DNA of 64,000 nucleotides from Octopus sinensis. Its lineage: Eukaryota. The stretch spans positions 47,554,001 to 47,618,000 of the forward strand of contig NC_042999.1 in the NCBI RefSeq assembly GCF_006345805.1. Direction: 5' to 3'. A program made the position numbers and the translations under genes. Each line of letters opens with the position of its first letter. Position 1 is the first letter of the stretch. Below, piece after piece: positions 11,657-24,498 of the stretch. Under the pieces are notes generated by a model, which saw only the letters and a list, made by a program, of their open reading frames with translations, did no database searches and was not told where the DNA came from.

Positions 11657-13367
11657 CTAGTTAAGAGTAGCAACATCACACTAGATAAAACCAATGAAAT
11701 AAAAGAATTAGACCAAAGCCAAACTTACAAATACTTAGGAATCCATGAACTAGATAAGACACAACACACACAAATGAAAGAGAAAATAAAAAATGAATAT
11801 TATAGACGAGTAAGATCAATACTAAAAACAGAGCTCAATGCTAAAAACAAGATAATAGGTATTAACGCTTTAGCTGTCCCAGTTATAAGTTACAGCTACA
11901 ATATCCTTAACTGGACACGAAATGAACTGACCAAAATAGATAGGGAAACAAGAAAAAATAAGGACAGGATCTAGGATGCATCATCCAAAATCTGACACAG
12001 AAAGACTATATATACAACGTATAGAAGGTGGCAGAGGCCTTATTCATCTGGAAAACTACTACAAAATAACCACCATAGGACTGCAAAAATATCTACTTCA
12101 GAAGAAAGGAAAACTGATACAAATAGCGGCAAAACACGAGCAAAACAAAAAAATTGTTCTCAGTCGTTAAGGAAGCTGAAAAATACAAACAAGAAATCAT
12201 ACCACCTAATAAATATGAAGAAGAAGAAGAAAAAGTTGAAGAAACAACAAAAGCTATAAAACAAATGAAATCCAAAGTAAAACTAGAACAGCAAAGAATC
12301 GTGATAAGACGATGGCAAGAAAAGCCCCTTCGTGGTAAATACTGGACTAAACTAAATGCAAAAGAAATAACAAAGAAAATCCCAGCAATGGTTGAGAAGC
12401 TCAGGACTCAAAGCAGAGACAAAGGGATTTTAATTGCAGCACAAGTCCAAATATCTCCCCACCAGAAATTACCAAAAACATGTAATGAAAAGAAATATAA
12501 CAAGTAACTGCAGAATATATGGAGATGGACAAGAAACAATAAATCATATTATCTCTGGCTGCCCAGTCCTGGTTAAGAAGGAATATATTCACAGACATGA
12601 CAGAGTTGGAACCTACATACACTGGAAGCTATGCCAACATTATGGAATAACAACAGAAAAAAGTTGGTATAGGTACACACCAGAAAAGGTCACAGAAAAC
12701 GAGAAAGCAACCATACTCTGGGATATGCCGATACACACAGATAGAGAAATTAAGGCCAACAGACCAGATATAGTTGTCAAAGATCATGAAGAAAAAAATG
12801 CTTTCTAATTGATGTATCAATACCGGCAGATGACAACGGTTCTCTAGATGAAATGGAAAAACGTTCAAAATACAAAGACCTGGAAATAGAGGTAACCAAA
12901 ATGTGGAATCTAAAAAAAGAAACAATTCCTATCATAGTAGGTGCATTAGGCATGATAAAAAAATATTCAGACAAATACATAACAAAAACACCAGGACTTA
13001 CAAACACATATAACATGCAGAAAATTGCACTACTAGGCACTGCACACATCCTACGCAGAACACTTTCCATACAATAACCATCAGAGCATCACAACAAATC
13101 ACAGCACATACCTAAGGCACACAGAGCTGCGCTCGGTAATGAAGTGAAAGCACGCTTTAAAAATAAAACTACTAAAAATAATAATAATAATAACATCGAA
13201 AAATACCTTAGGAATGAGAAACCTGGTTCGAAATTTCCTCCAGACACCTAAAGAAGGCTGGGGGGTATATCAACCGAATCGTTGTGTTAACAACAAACAA
13301 GATGAGGACAAATATCCGTCGGATGTAAATAATGTACATAATTCCTCATCTCTTAAATATAGAACTG
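11430..13367 (+). mobile_element. Composite insertion: inverted hammerhead-like repeat + R4/Dong LINE 3' fragment + hammerhead-like repeat, 13-bp TSD
   Basis: Arms ~11430-11588 and ~13190-13340 are inverted copies. TATAAATATTCTT occurs at 11417-11429 and 13368-13380. Confidence 0.75.
11657..13190 (+). mobile_element. R4/Dong-clade non-LTR retrotransposon, 5'-truncated (RT C-terminus, CCHC, restriction-like endonuclease), frameshifted
   Basis: YKYLGI, HHPKSDTERLY..EGGRGL, CRIYG..ETINHIISGC..YIHRHD, NRPDIVV, LIDVSIP, KYKDL, IPIIVGALG; ends in (TAA)n. Confidence 0.9.
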
Positions 13368-14789
13368 TATAAATATTCTTCTTGGCTTATATATGTAGCA
13401 TTTGTAAAAAAAATCAGGTAATTTTACTGATAACTGCATTTCAACATTACATAAAGTCAGTGCTTTAGCACGTAATTATTTAGTCATTGACATAAATGGT
13501 CTACTGGTCTGCCTTATTAATTACTCATCGGTAAACCTATTTCTGTGCAGACTATATGCGGGCTAAATACATTTTTATTAGAATTTTTCTTTTCCTAATA
13601 AAACAATAATAACATATATACAGCTGCATATCAGTTGAAATTTGTTCAATTCCGAAGTTATTTTCTTAATTTAGCTACAGATGTTTCCGTTTAAAAATCA
13701 ATAGTTTTTGGAAGCATGTGCTATTTTTCAATTTTTAATATCAATAATTTTATTTTATTTTGACTTAAATAGAGCTAACAATTTATAATTGAGAATTTTC
13801 TTAACAATTCGTCTATGTGAGCCGTTTGTGGGTGAGGTTCATTAACGTTGCTATTGTGTTAAGTCAGGTGAGCAACAGGAATATTTATAAATTTGCTGGA
13901 CCCATTGACTGGTGTCACTGATGCATCATAGGCCCAGCCTGAAATAACTTGCTTGCTAATAACTGCATGTTAAGTCTATATCACGAACATCAATTTAATA
14001 CTTGTGAAAGAGCGAAATCAACGAAATATAGACTGTCATGGTAAACGCAATAATTCGCCGCAAATTGAAAGAAAAATTAATAGCGCCAGTACGAGTTTCT
14101 TTACGTAACTAAAGAACTTAAATATCAATCAACTAGCAAGGAAAAAGTACTTCAACTTTCAGTTGATGTCCGTATGACAGCATTGAAAAATATGAATATT
14201 GGTACATTAAAAATGTTCCCTTCATTAGTGAGTAAGTATGTGTTAGGAGTAGCGCATACGTGTCTATAATATACGTGAGTGAATTAATATATATATATAT
14301 GTCAATAGATTAAAGGCAATTAACTTTCAATGATGTTAATATTAGATCGTCTTCCAAGGAAAATAGGTATAATTTTGAAACATGAGTTTTAGCGAGATAC
14401 TATAGAAAATCCTATTGTCGTATTATTTTCATTGAGATAGAGAAACATAAATAAATACTTGGATATAAAAAGAAAATTGTCATTATTTACAGCGAAACAC
14501 ATTGACGTTGCATTGGGCTTATTGAGACCCCTGTGAAAGGTATTTCCGATTATACTGCGAATGAAGACATTGAATATATGCGATAATTCAGAAACGATGT
14601 GACCATGGAATCTTTCTGTATATATATATACATATATATATATATATGTATGTATGTATATATGTATGTATGTATGTATATGCGTGTGTGTGTCTACGTG
14701 TTTATGTGTGTACGAGCGTGTGTCTATGTGTGTGCGTGCTTGTTTATATGTATATGTACATACATATATATATATATGCATGCACACAT

Positions 14790-14863
<74 letters not shown>

Positions 14864-15414
14864 ACGTATATACACTACCGTCAGAAATTAATAGGCACCC
14901 TTGATTTGCTCTTCACTCAAGGTATGTGCTGTCACCTAGTGGCCATATCTCGAACTATTGCTTTGTTGCGAGTTCACTGTTGCGCAGAACGATGACGTAA
15001 CTTTGTTTGCAGAGCAGTTTGAGAGTCTACAGCCTTATGATGTTGACATAGTGCAACAACAACTTGGAGTGCGGATGCAGACAAATCTTCCTTTGTTTAA
15101 TAGATATAGGTAGCGCCTCGCAAGGACCGATAATCACACTATACTAAGTTTTCTCATCGCGTAAGACGTTTTGAACAGCTCATAGGTTAATTGATTTAAC
15201 CTATTTAATGTAGAAATTTGAGAAGTGCTAATTAATTTCTGACGCATGTGTATATCCATTCTAGCAAAAACTGTCCCATGAACGGCAACGGGAAACTCAG
15301 AGTAACAGGTTTTGTTGAATTTTTTTTTCTGCTTTAAATAAAGCATATTACTCTACCACTGGTATTATTTGATTACTCTTTTCCCACCTTGTTTCACATT
15401 TATGTGTTTACTCC

Positions 15415-15453
<39 letters not shown>

Positions 15454-16077
15454 CTATTTATTTATACTCACACATATGTATGCAAAGCAGAGGTATTGAA
15501 TTGCTTTAGTAAGAAGTTTATGCATACGTACATATGTATCTATGTAGGCATATATATACGTAGGTATATACACACACACATACACGTACACACGTACTAC
15601 AATATTGTGGAAGTTGACTATTTCAGTTCACACGCTAATAATCAGATGGAGTGTCAACTGAAAAACGACTGAATAAAAGTTGTGTTAATGATTTCTTGAG
15701 GCAACATGAAAGCACTGACTAATGTAGTGCAACGCTTCCGGTTCATTATGATGATTATATCAGGTCTATAAATCTACAGTTAGATCTCATAATTTGTAAA
15801 TCTCCGCTTCGTTTCATTCTTTTTATTTTATTATTTCTTAATTCGAACTAAATATTCCAGTTGCTTCTTACGGATGTTGAGTGAGAACAGTAGGCATTGT
15901 TTGGTTCAATTCGAGCATGATATACTAAGGACGGTTTCATATAATAATTGTCAACACCTTATCCTAAAATATTATATTACTAAATAGCGGTAAAGCATGT
16001 CAATTGTCAAGTATCATGATATTAATGTGTATTTCGGAAACTATTTTTCAATACTATTTAAATGTAGTATTTAATGC

Positions 16078-16121
<44 letters not shown>

Positions 16122-16125
<4 letters not shown>

Positions 16126-16392
16126 AAATATTATTCGAGACAAAACCACTATTACTTCATAATTTGACACTGAATTATTGGAAGTCCACCTGAAGATTGT
16201 CGATCAAGACAAGAAACGATTGTAGTGGCGGTTTTTTTGACTATTTATTAAAATTATGTATTGATTAAGTCTTTCCTTGTTGTTTTGCAAAATAGTGGTT
16301 TTGTCTCGAATAATATTTTATAATATTTTACTATAAAATCGATTTAATCCTAAATCTGATTTTTTCCCTGTAAATTTGGATTTATTCCCTAA

Positions 16393-16397
<5 letters not shown>
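16122..16397 (+). mobile_element. Hammerhead-bearing mini-element with 32-bp 5' inversion, embedded in (TA)n
   Basis: 16122-16153 is the exact reverse complement of 16291-16322. The same 3' tail recurs at 44839-44953 and 57112-57167 on the minus strand. Confidence 0.8.
16186..16228 (+). ncRNA. Type I hammerhead ribozyme, canonical core
   Basis: ccac-CTGAAGA-ttgtc-gatcaa-gacaa-GAAAC-gatt-GTA-gtgg: stems I and II pair perfectly, short stem III, GUA cleavage triplet. Confidence 0.85.
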
Positions 16398-16463
<66 letters not shown>

Positions 16464-17094
16464 CTAAGAAGTGGCAATCGTATTGTGGTAATAACGTTGT
16501 TGGGGAATTGAAATGAATCAATGAAACAAAAAGAGGGAAGATGATTCATGCATTTCAGCGTTGTTTCAGCACTACATGCTTGGCTAATTTAAAATTTATA
16601 TCACATGAGGGCATTCTTTTATGGTATAATTATAGACACGTAGAAATAATATGTTTCTAAATCTCTGAGAGAGATTTATGCAGTAGTAGCACGATATAGT
16701 GATAGCATGTTATCAACTTAATGTGGAATTCCCATAAAAGGGAAGAATGCTACTGTTATTTAGCCCTAGAAACACCGTTTCCTGGTGGGCTGAAACACAT
16801 TTCCTATGTCTTAATGTTTTCAAAGTAAGTTTTTAAAGAAGACACGTATGCTAATAAATGCTTAGTATTGTATCGGCTGAACATATTCAACATTGCTCAA
16901 CTGTCAGAGGTGGAAACATTCACAAGGCATGCGTGCGAGAATTTACCAAACAGCATGCTCTAGAAAGAAGCTGGAGAAATTATAGTTTGTACGAAATTAT
17001 TCACCGAAACGTACAAAACATGAAGCATAGTTGGTTTAGAGAGGTCATTCAATGGATTCATGTTTATAGTTATATACATATATACATACACACA

Positions 17095-17193
<99 letters not shown>

Positions 17194-17205
17194 TATATAT
17201 ATATC

Positions 17206-17236
<31 letters not shown>

Positions 17237-17320
17237 GTGTGTGTGTATGTGTATGTACATTTATATATGTATATATGTAAGTATGTATACATATGCATGT
17301 GTATATGTATGTGTATACGA

Positions 17321-17356
<36 letters not shown>

Positions 17357-17780
17357 CATTAAGCATTATAAGGAGTAGTCTTCGGGAAAACGAAAGGAAC
17401 TTCTAAGTATTATAGCAATCTGTTAAAAAAATGTTACAGGCGCAGTTGAAACCCAGTTAGAAAGAATCTACTGGATATTAAAGAATTCTACCATCAGAGT
17501 CAGTGTCACATCGAGTTTTCTTGAAAATAATTAGTTCTACTGAAGAGAGCATTCCAAACTCTTTATAAACAATACAATATTCATTGCTTCATGTCAAGGT
17601 TACATATTGCGTAATAAATACATTGTCAGTATAATGTTAAAACCCCAAAAAATGTGCCTTATATTACTTGACAAAATGACTAATATACGTCATCAGACCC
17701 AGATACACGTAGGACTTAGATACATATATGAATATCCGGGCTGATATGTACATATATATTATATATATATATATATATAC

Positions 17781-17893
17781 CTTGGCCTGCTCGCTTAGCC
17801 AGCGGGGTGGCGTCATTCGAAGGCTAAAGCAATGCGAACGCATTATGACCAGCGATGTGTAACAACATCTGATGGTCTGGTCGGTCACGTGAT
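17781..17893. repeat. Short GC-richer interspersed-repeat fragment within (TA)n
   Basis: Sharp composition change, bounded by TA tracts on both sides; family not identifiable from this window. Confidence 0.4.
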
Positions 17894-17950
17894 ATATATA
17901 TATATATGTATACCCATATCTATCTATCTATCTATCTATCTTTCTATCTA

Positions 17951-18058
<108 letters not shown>

Positions 18059-18448
18059 CATGTTGCTATTATGCAAAAGCGTCCCAATTTCAAAATGGTG
18101 CTTTTTTCAGAAAACGAAAACACAATTTCACTAATTACATTACCTTTTACATTGGCCACAGTTTCAGCTTAACAATAATACTTTGTTGGGTGCATAAAAT
18201 CGTAACTCCATGCGTGTATATTTCTAGTCAGAAATAGTATTGCAAACCTTTCACATATGGGATTAACTACATTTTTGGAAAATGATAAGTCGTTGCACTA
18301 CAATTTGACAATTTTCATATCTTGGCATCTGAAGCAGCTGGACAAACTATCGTTTGACCAAAAGAACCGGCTATTGCAAGCAAACATAAATATTGCGAAA
18401 AAAAAACGCGTTTGGCCAACTTTAGTCATACGTCAGTGAAATATAAAA

Positions 18449-18521
<73 letters not shown>

Positions 18522-19048
18522 TATATACGTATATATATATATATATTATATGTAAAAATTAATGACTGTGGTTAGACGCAGGGGTGTAGAGTAGCACATA
18601 TATTGCATGAAATATGTCCCTTATAGCCACAAAACGCACATTTGCTATGTACTGTCAGGGGAAATAAGCACCCCACAGTGGCATATTTATGTAAAACCAT
18701 CATATGGTTAATAACATTATAATGTGCATTTCAAAACTCCCCTACATTTATTGGCATCCTTGCTATCCTACGGTTTGAATACTTTCACTGCATATGCATG
18801 TGAAAATCTGTTAGCGTATGCAGAATTCATATCAAAAACAATATTATACAGGATAGTTTGAATAGTCTTTAATCCATTTCACAGCAAACGTTTGTTTTAA
18901 AAACAGATATATTTTACATATTGTTATATAAATATAGAGATAATTTCCAGCAATATTTGTGCACTCGCACATCATCAGCCGAATGACGTTGAGAGTACCA
19001 CTGGATCACTTTGTCTTCCTGTTCTATACATATATTCTCGCTTTAGTA

Positions 19049-19254
19049 TAGTACTCCCTCGACTATCGTGGGCGTTACGTTCCCATTCCCCCTCGCGATA
19101 GTTGAAAATCCGCGAAGTAAAAACAGTACTGCACTGTATTTTTTGACTATTTTAATATTTTGTACATATTTATTTTATTATACTTGCAAAACAACAACAC
19201 GGAGGAATCGACGTAAGCTTAAATAATAAACCGCGATATGGTGAGGGATTACTG
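19049..19254. mobile_element. pogo/Tigger-like MITE
   Basis: TA|tagtactccctcgactatcgtgg ... ccgcgatatggtgagggattactg|TA: imperfect TIRs with TA flanks. Confidence 0.65.
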
Positions 19255-20095
19255 TATTCTTCTGATAAATTCCTATAATAAATGTGAGCATATGAGGTTT
19301 TCTGGAGTTCTTGGGCCACAAAATGGTCGCTAAATATAAGAACTAAATAGTCACTAAATATAAGAATAGATTTACTATGTAAAATTCTTGAAGCATAAAA
19401 ATGTACAAAAATGCACATACATGTGCGCCTTGTTCTTTATTGTTGCTTCTTCTTATTGGTCTGATAACAAAAAATCCATGTCAATTCTTGGGCTAAATAG
19501 TAACATTCCTAATTCAGTGAATACTAAGTAAAGACTAAAATGGTAGAAATTTTTTTCAGTGTCCATATATTGTAGGTTTGGTGTAGTAGCCTGATTAGTT
19601 TTCCAAAATAGTTGTTATTTCCCTTCTGCTCAACCCAGCTATGTTTATTATGGGCGTACCAAAGAGATTCACTAGAAACACATAAAGATACATATATACA
19701 CAACTTCGTATGTATATCTATTTTCGCGTATCTGTATGTATCTGTGGGAGAATGAGTTTATATAATTGCGTATATTCACTGTTATTCAATGTAATTTTTA
19801 TTGTATATTTACCGATTCCCAACAACATAATTATAGTATTATTTCAGTTTAATAGGTTGTTATGTGATGATAATTATCTCTTTATACACGCCACATACAT
19901 ACGATTATATATACATATATATGCGTATATATATTTATATGCGCATATCAATCTATATATATATATGTGATATATATATATATATATATATATGTACATA
20001 CTTATATATATTTATCCATACATATATGCATATAAATGAATATATATATATATATGTAATATATGTATATAATGTACAATATAATATATATATAT

Positions 20096-20141
<46 letters not shown>

Positions 20142-20180
20142 TAGATAGATAGATAGATAGATATATATAGAGATAGATAG

Positions 20181-20265
<85 letters not shown>

Positions 20266-20708
20266 GAGAGAGATATATATTCATGCCTACATTTATATAT
20301 GTATGTATGTAGCTATCTATATATTTATGTATGATGTTTGTTTCTCAGTTTGTGTATGCATGTTTTTATATTTGTGTATGTATATATTCACTTAGTTTAT
20401 GTTTTAATTGTAATTGGACTGCAACATCAACGATATAATTGAAGATAGATTTGATTCTCGTCAGCGAACCCTTTCATTATTTGTTGCTGATTGCCAGGCT
20501 CTCGGGAATAATTGTTATAAGCCTTTGAATATGAGTAATAAAAATAGAGAGGTCAGAAAGAAAAGATGAAAAGAAATATTAATACATAGTTATTATAGAT
20601 GTACTTTTATTGTAAGGCGTGAGCCATACCTGGTCATTCTGTGTGCTAGAAACAACAAACTGGTATTTATAAAATCATACGCTATTGTCTTATATGAAGT
20701 TAAACCTA

Positions 20709-22325
20709 CAGTGGCTTGCAAAAGTCTACACTCTCTTTGAAAATTTATACATTTTGTATAATTTAACAGGGAACAGCACATTTTTTCAATTCCGATGATT
20801 GTTAAATAATAAGCAGATCCATCACACTTTTCTTTGATATAAAAATTACATTTTAAAAATTTCACACTGATTCTTAAAATCATATAACTTACAAAAAATG
20901 TCTTTGGAAAAGTCTACACCCACCAGATATTATACTGTGTTATCAGGTAGTTTGTCATTGATGTATACAATCCAAAACAATCAAAAGTGACATGTGCCTT
21001 CTACCATAACAAACTTGGCTAGTCTAGTATTTTGCTATATAAGGTGATTTAACTGCCTACAAAATTATTCACCACGTGGTTTTTTTGGTATGTTGTTCTT
21101 TGAACTCTGACTGTAAACACAGGGTGTCCAACTCGGGAAAGAAAATGGGCAAGCCTCTGTCACAGGAACTTAAAAACCTCATTCAAAAGTACAATGAAAA
21201 TAATGGCTATAAAAAGATTGTAAAAGCTTTAGAATTGCCCCTAAGCACAAAACCATTGCTGCCCTACAAAGATCTGGGAGACCGAACAAAATTACCAGAA
21301 GGAATATAGTCAAAACTGATCCGGTAGGCAACATCCAACCCTAGTACAACCCTGGAAGACTTGAAAGCTTCAGTTTCCAGTACTGGGACAGATATCAATG
21401 CATCTACAATTTCCACAGAATTACACCGGTCTGGGATGCAAGGGAGGGTAGCTAGAAGAAAAAAGCTCTTTCTGAAGCCTATACACAAGCAAGCTTGGCT
21501 AAACTTTGCCAAAAGTCACATTAATGATTCCATGACCATGTGGTGAATGAGACCAAAGTCGAATTATTTGGAAATAATACAAACGCTACTTTTTGCGGAA
21601 AAAAGGTACTGCTCACCAACCTCGTTACACCGTCCCCACTGTAAAGCATGGCGGTGGCTCGGACACGCTTTGGGCTGTTTTTCAGCTGCAGGGCCTGGAG
21701 AGTTGGTAACCATCTAAGGTATCATGGACAGTGTCATCTCAAGCACCAAGAAATATTGGAGGCAAACCTGCTGAAGTCTGCAAGAGCTCTGCGCTTGGGT
21801 CGCAATTTCAAGTTTCAATAAGATAATGACCCCAAGCATGTGTCAAAAAACACTAAAACTCGGTTTGCTAGCAAGAAAATCATAGTTTTGGAGTGGTCCA
21901 GCCAGTCTCAATCCTATAGAAACTCTATGGCGAGATCTAAAGCTGTCTGTACACCGACGTTCCTTATCCAATATGACATAGTTCGATAAGTTCTGCCATG
22001 AAAAATGGCAAAAACTGTCAGCAGACCACTGCAGCAAGCTCCTGGAAGTCCATCCGACGCGTCTGTAGGCTGTATTTGACGCGGCAGGATCATCCACAAA
22101 ATATTAGCGGAAGGCATTCCAAAGGGGGTGTAGACTTTAAAAAAGACATCTTTCAAAAATGTTTAAGTATCAGTTTTAAATGTTTCAAATGCTTTTTTCT
22201 TTTATGTTTTAAATGAATGTGTTATAGATCAACAAATTATTAGAGATTAAAATATGTATTGTTCCTATCAAAATAAACAAAACACATCCAGTTTCCGAGG
22301 CGGTGTAGACATTTGCAAGGTGCTG
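20709..22325 (+). mobile_element. Tc1-family DNA transposon (IR/DR type), full length, transposase pseudogene ~21145-22130
   Basis: TA|cagtggcttgcaaaagtctacac ... gtgtagacatttgcaaggtgctg|TA. Internal repeats of aaagtctacacc. Peptides GYKKIVKAL, GRVARRK, ETKVELFG, PTVKHGGGS, DNDPKH, VLEW. Confidence 0.92.
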
Positions 22326-22988
22326 TATTTCTACCAATAGAATATGACTTTTACTTTAACGATACTGATATAACCGATTTTGAAAGTTTTTGAAATTTAT
22401 TTTCTAACGATAACAAAGCTTTGGTTTAATCTCAGTGTATTGTAGTTTAAAACTTGAAGTAGAGAAATGTTGTAAACAAAATTTAGTTATTTTCTTAAAC
22501 AGTATAGTTTGCACCTGTTAGTCTAGAATTCGATTTGTCCGGTTTGAAAATATACTTATATTATCTACATATGTTATTTAGACATAAGCCGAATATAGCA
22601 ACATTCTGACTGTATGGTAAGGATTAATTTGATTAAGTCCCTTTGCATTATCAAATATTCTTATGCGTCCTCAATTCGTATGTGAAATACAAGAACTGCG
22701 TTTTATTCCCACTGATGAGATACAACAGCTAAATTTTGTTTACACCTTTTCTCTACATCAAGTTTTAAACTACAATACACTGTTGAAACCAAAGATTTGT
22801 TATCATTAGAAACTTAATTTTAAAAACTTTCAAATCGGTTATATCAGTATCGTTAAAGTAAGTCATATAATTTTTAATAGAAATACAGTGCCTTGCAAAA
22901 GTCTACACATCCTTGGAAACTGGATGTATTTTACTTATTTTGATAGGAACAATTGATATTTTATTGCCACTGATGAGATACAACAGCT
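22258..22988. repeat. ~230-bp inverted duplication (22258-22486 vs 22729-22953); second copy flanked by a 30-bp direct repeat
   Basis: Arms align by eye. ttttatt(c/g)ccactgatgagatacaacagct at 22701-22730 and 22959-22988. Confidence 0.85.
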
Positions 22989-23474
22989 TGCTTGTGACGC
23001 TCTTTACATATTCTGAAAATCCTATGGGTTTGGTCAATAAAAGGATAAAAACACTAGTGTGAAATATTGTTTCTTTGCACAACAAACTAAAGATATATGC
23101 GAAAAATATGGAAGACGGGAAGAAAAGATTTAGTCTATTTGAAACATTCACGAAGGACCGGTAAATAGTTTGGGGCTATTATAAATCTTCTTACATGATT
23201 ATAAACCGAGCTAAAATGGCTGCTCTTCATCGAAGGGTATAACCAGTTTATTCCGCCACAGTTATCAAAACTAATGGTTGAATAAGCTGTGAGGGGGAAA
23301 TTCAACGACACAGTCAACACTCATACTTCTTAATGCTAACAGACACACAGGCACACGCAAAAATTTATGCAAACATTAGTAGGTAAATATATATATATAT
23401 GCGTATATAATATATATATAATATATATATATATAATATTATATAGATATATATATATATATATATTATATATA

Positions 23475-24498
23475 AGAAGGTGAATGAATTATCCTAGTAA
23501 TGGATAATTCAGTTAACCGATACCTGGGTAGCAAATTCCGTCAGAAAACACGATTGAAGCTATATGCCAAGGGCAGGGATCCCGTGTTCTCGTGTGTAAA
23601 TTTGTGTGTTTTGTTTAACTATGAATAAATGAAAGAATGGAGTCGAACGACGATTTTAACAAAATTCCTTTACTCTCGACACATGTTTCGAAGGCTGCAT
23701 ATTCCTAATTCCGAAGGAATAAAGGGTGCATTATGCCGCCATCTCATCAGGAAAGACAAGGAAGTTATGTCAGCACCATGAAGAGCAAAAACTTTTAGAT
23801 GACTGCCCACATGATGTCCACAGTAATAATGAGTGTTTCTTTAAAATATCCCGTTATAAGCAATGACGTCAAAGTTGGTTGGATGGAGAATGTTCTAAAG
23901 AGTTCATGATTTCAAATTTGGTTGGGAAGAGAAAGCTCTAGGAAGGGGATAGAGGGCAAGCTGTATTGTATGGGGATGCGTGGGTGTATTCTATTGTTAA
24001 TGAGTTTGAGTGCGTCTGTGTGTGTATGTATATAACTGGATTCGTGCCTCTGTGTGTGTGTGTGCGTGACTGTGTGTGTAGGGTGACAAATGTCAGAAAC
24101 ATTTAGTAGTGAGGTGACAAATTTGTGTCTGTTTGTTCGATTGTGGGTATGATAGAGAGAGAGATAGAAAGAGAGAGAGGTGGGGAGATGCAGAGAAAAA
24201 GAGGAAAACATATCCCAACAAATTTAGTAGTAATTCTTCATGTACGTAGTAGTAAAAGAAAGAAATTGTCTATGGTGGTGTTGTAGAAGTGAAACTAAAT
24301 TATTAAAATCAAAGAGGTTATTTATACTAATCATCATTCATATGAGAGGAAAGTATGTCTCTGCCAATGTTTGCTGATGAGATGGCGGCATAATGCACCC
24401 TTTATTCCTTCGGAATTAGGATTATGCAGCCTTCGAAAATGTGTCGAGAGTAAAAGGATTTTGTTAAAATCGTCGTTCGACTCCATTCTTTCATTTAT
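23475..24498 (-). mobile_element. Hammerhead-bearing PLE-type cassette with ~125-bp terminal inversion, in (TA)n
   Basis: 23625-23750 is the reverse complement of 24374-24498; TA tracts on both sides. Confidence 0.8.
23673..23755 (-). ncRNA. Type I hammerhead ribozyme with extended stem II
   Basis: Minus strand reads ctttc-CTGATGA-gatggcggcata...tatgcagccttc-GAAAC-atgt-GTC-gagag. Confidence 0.8.

Noticed and set aside
17538-17565. CTGAAGA-gag..ctc hammerhead-like start (also isolated CTGATGA at 22712 and 22970)
   Set aside because: No GAAA or cleavage triplet follows.
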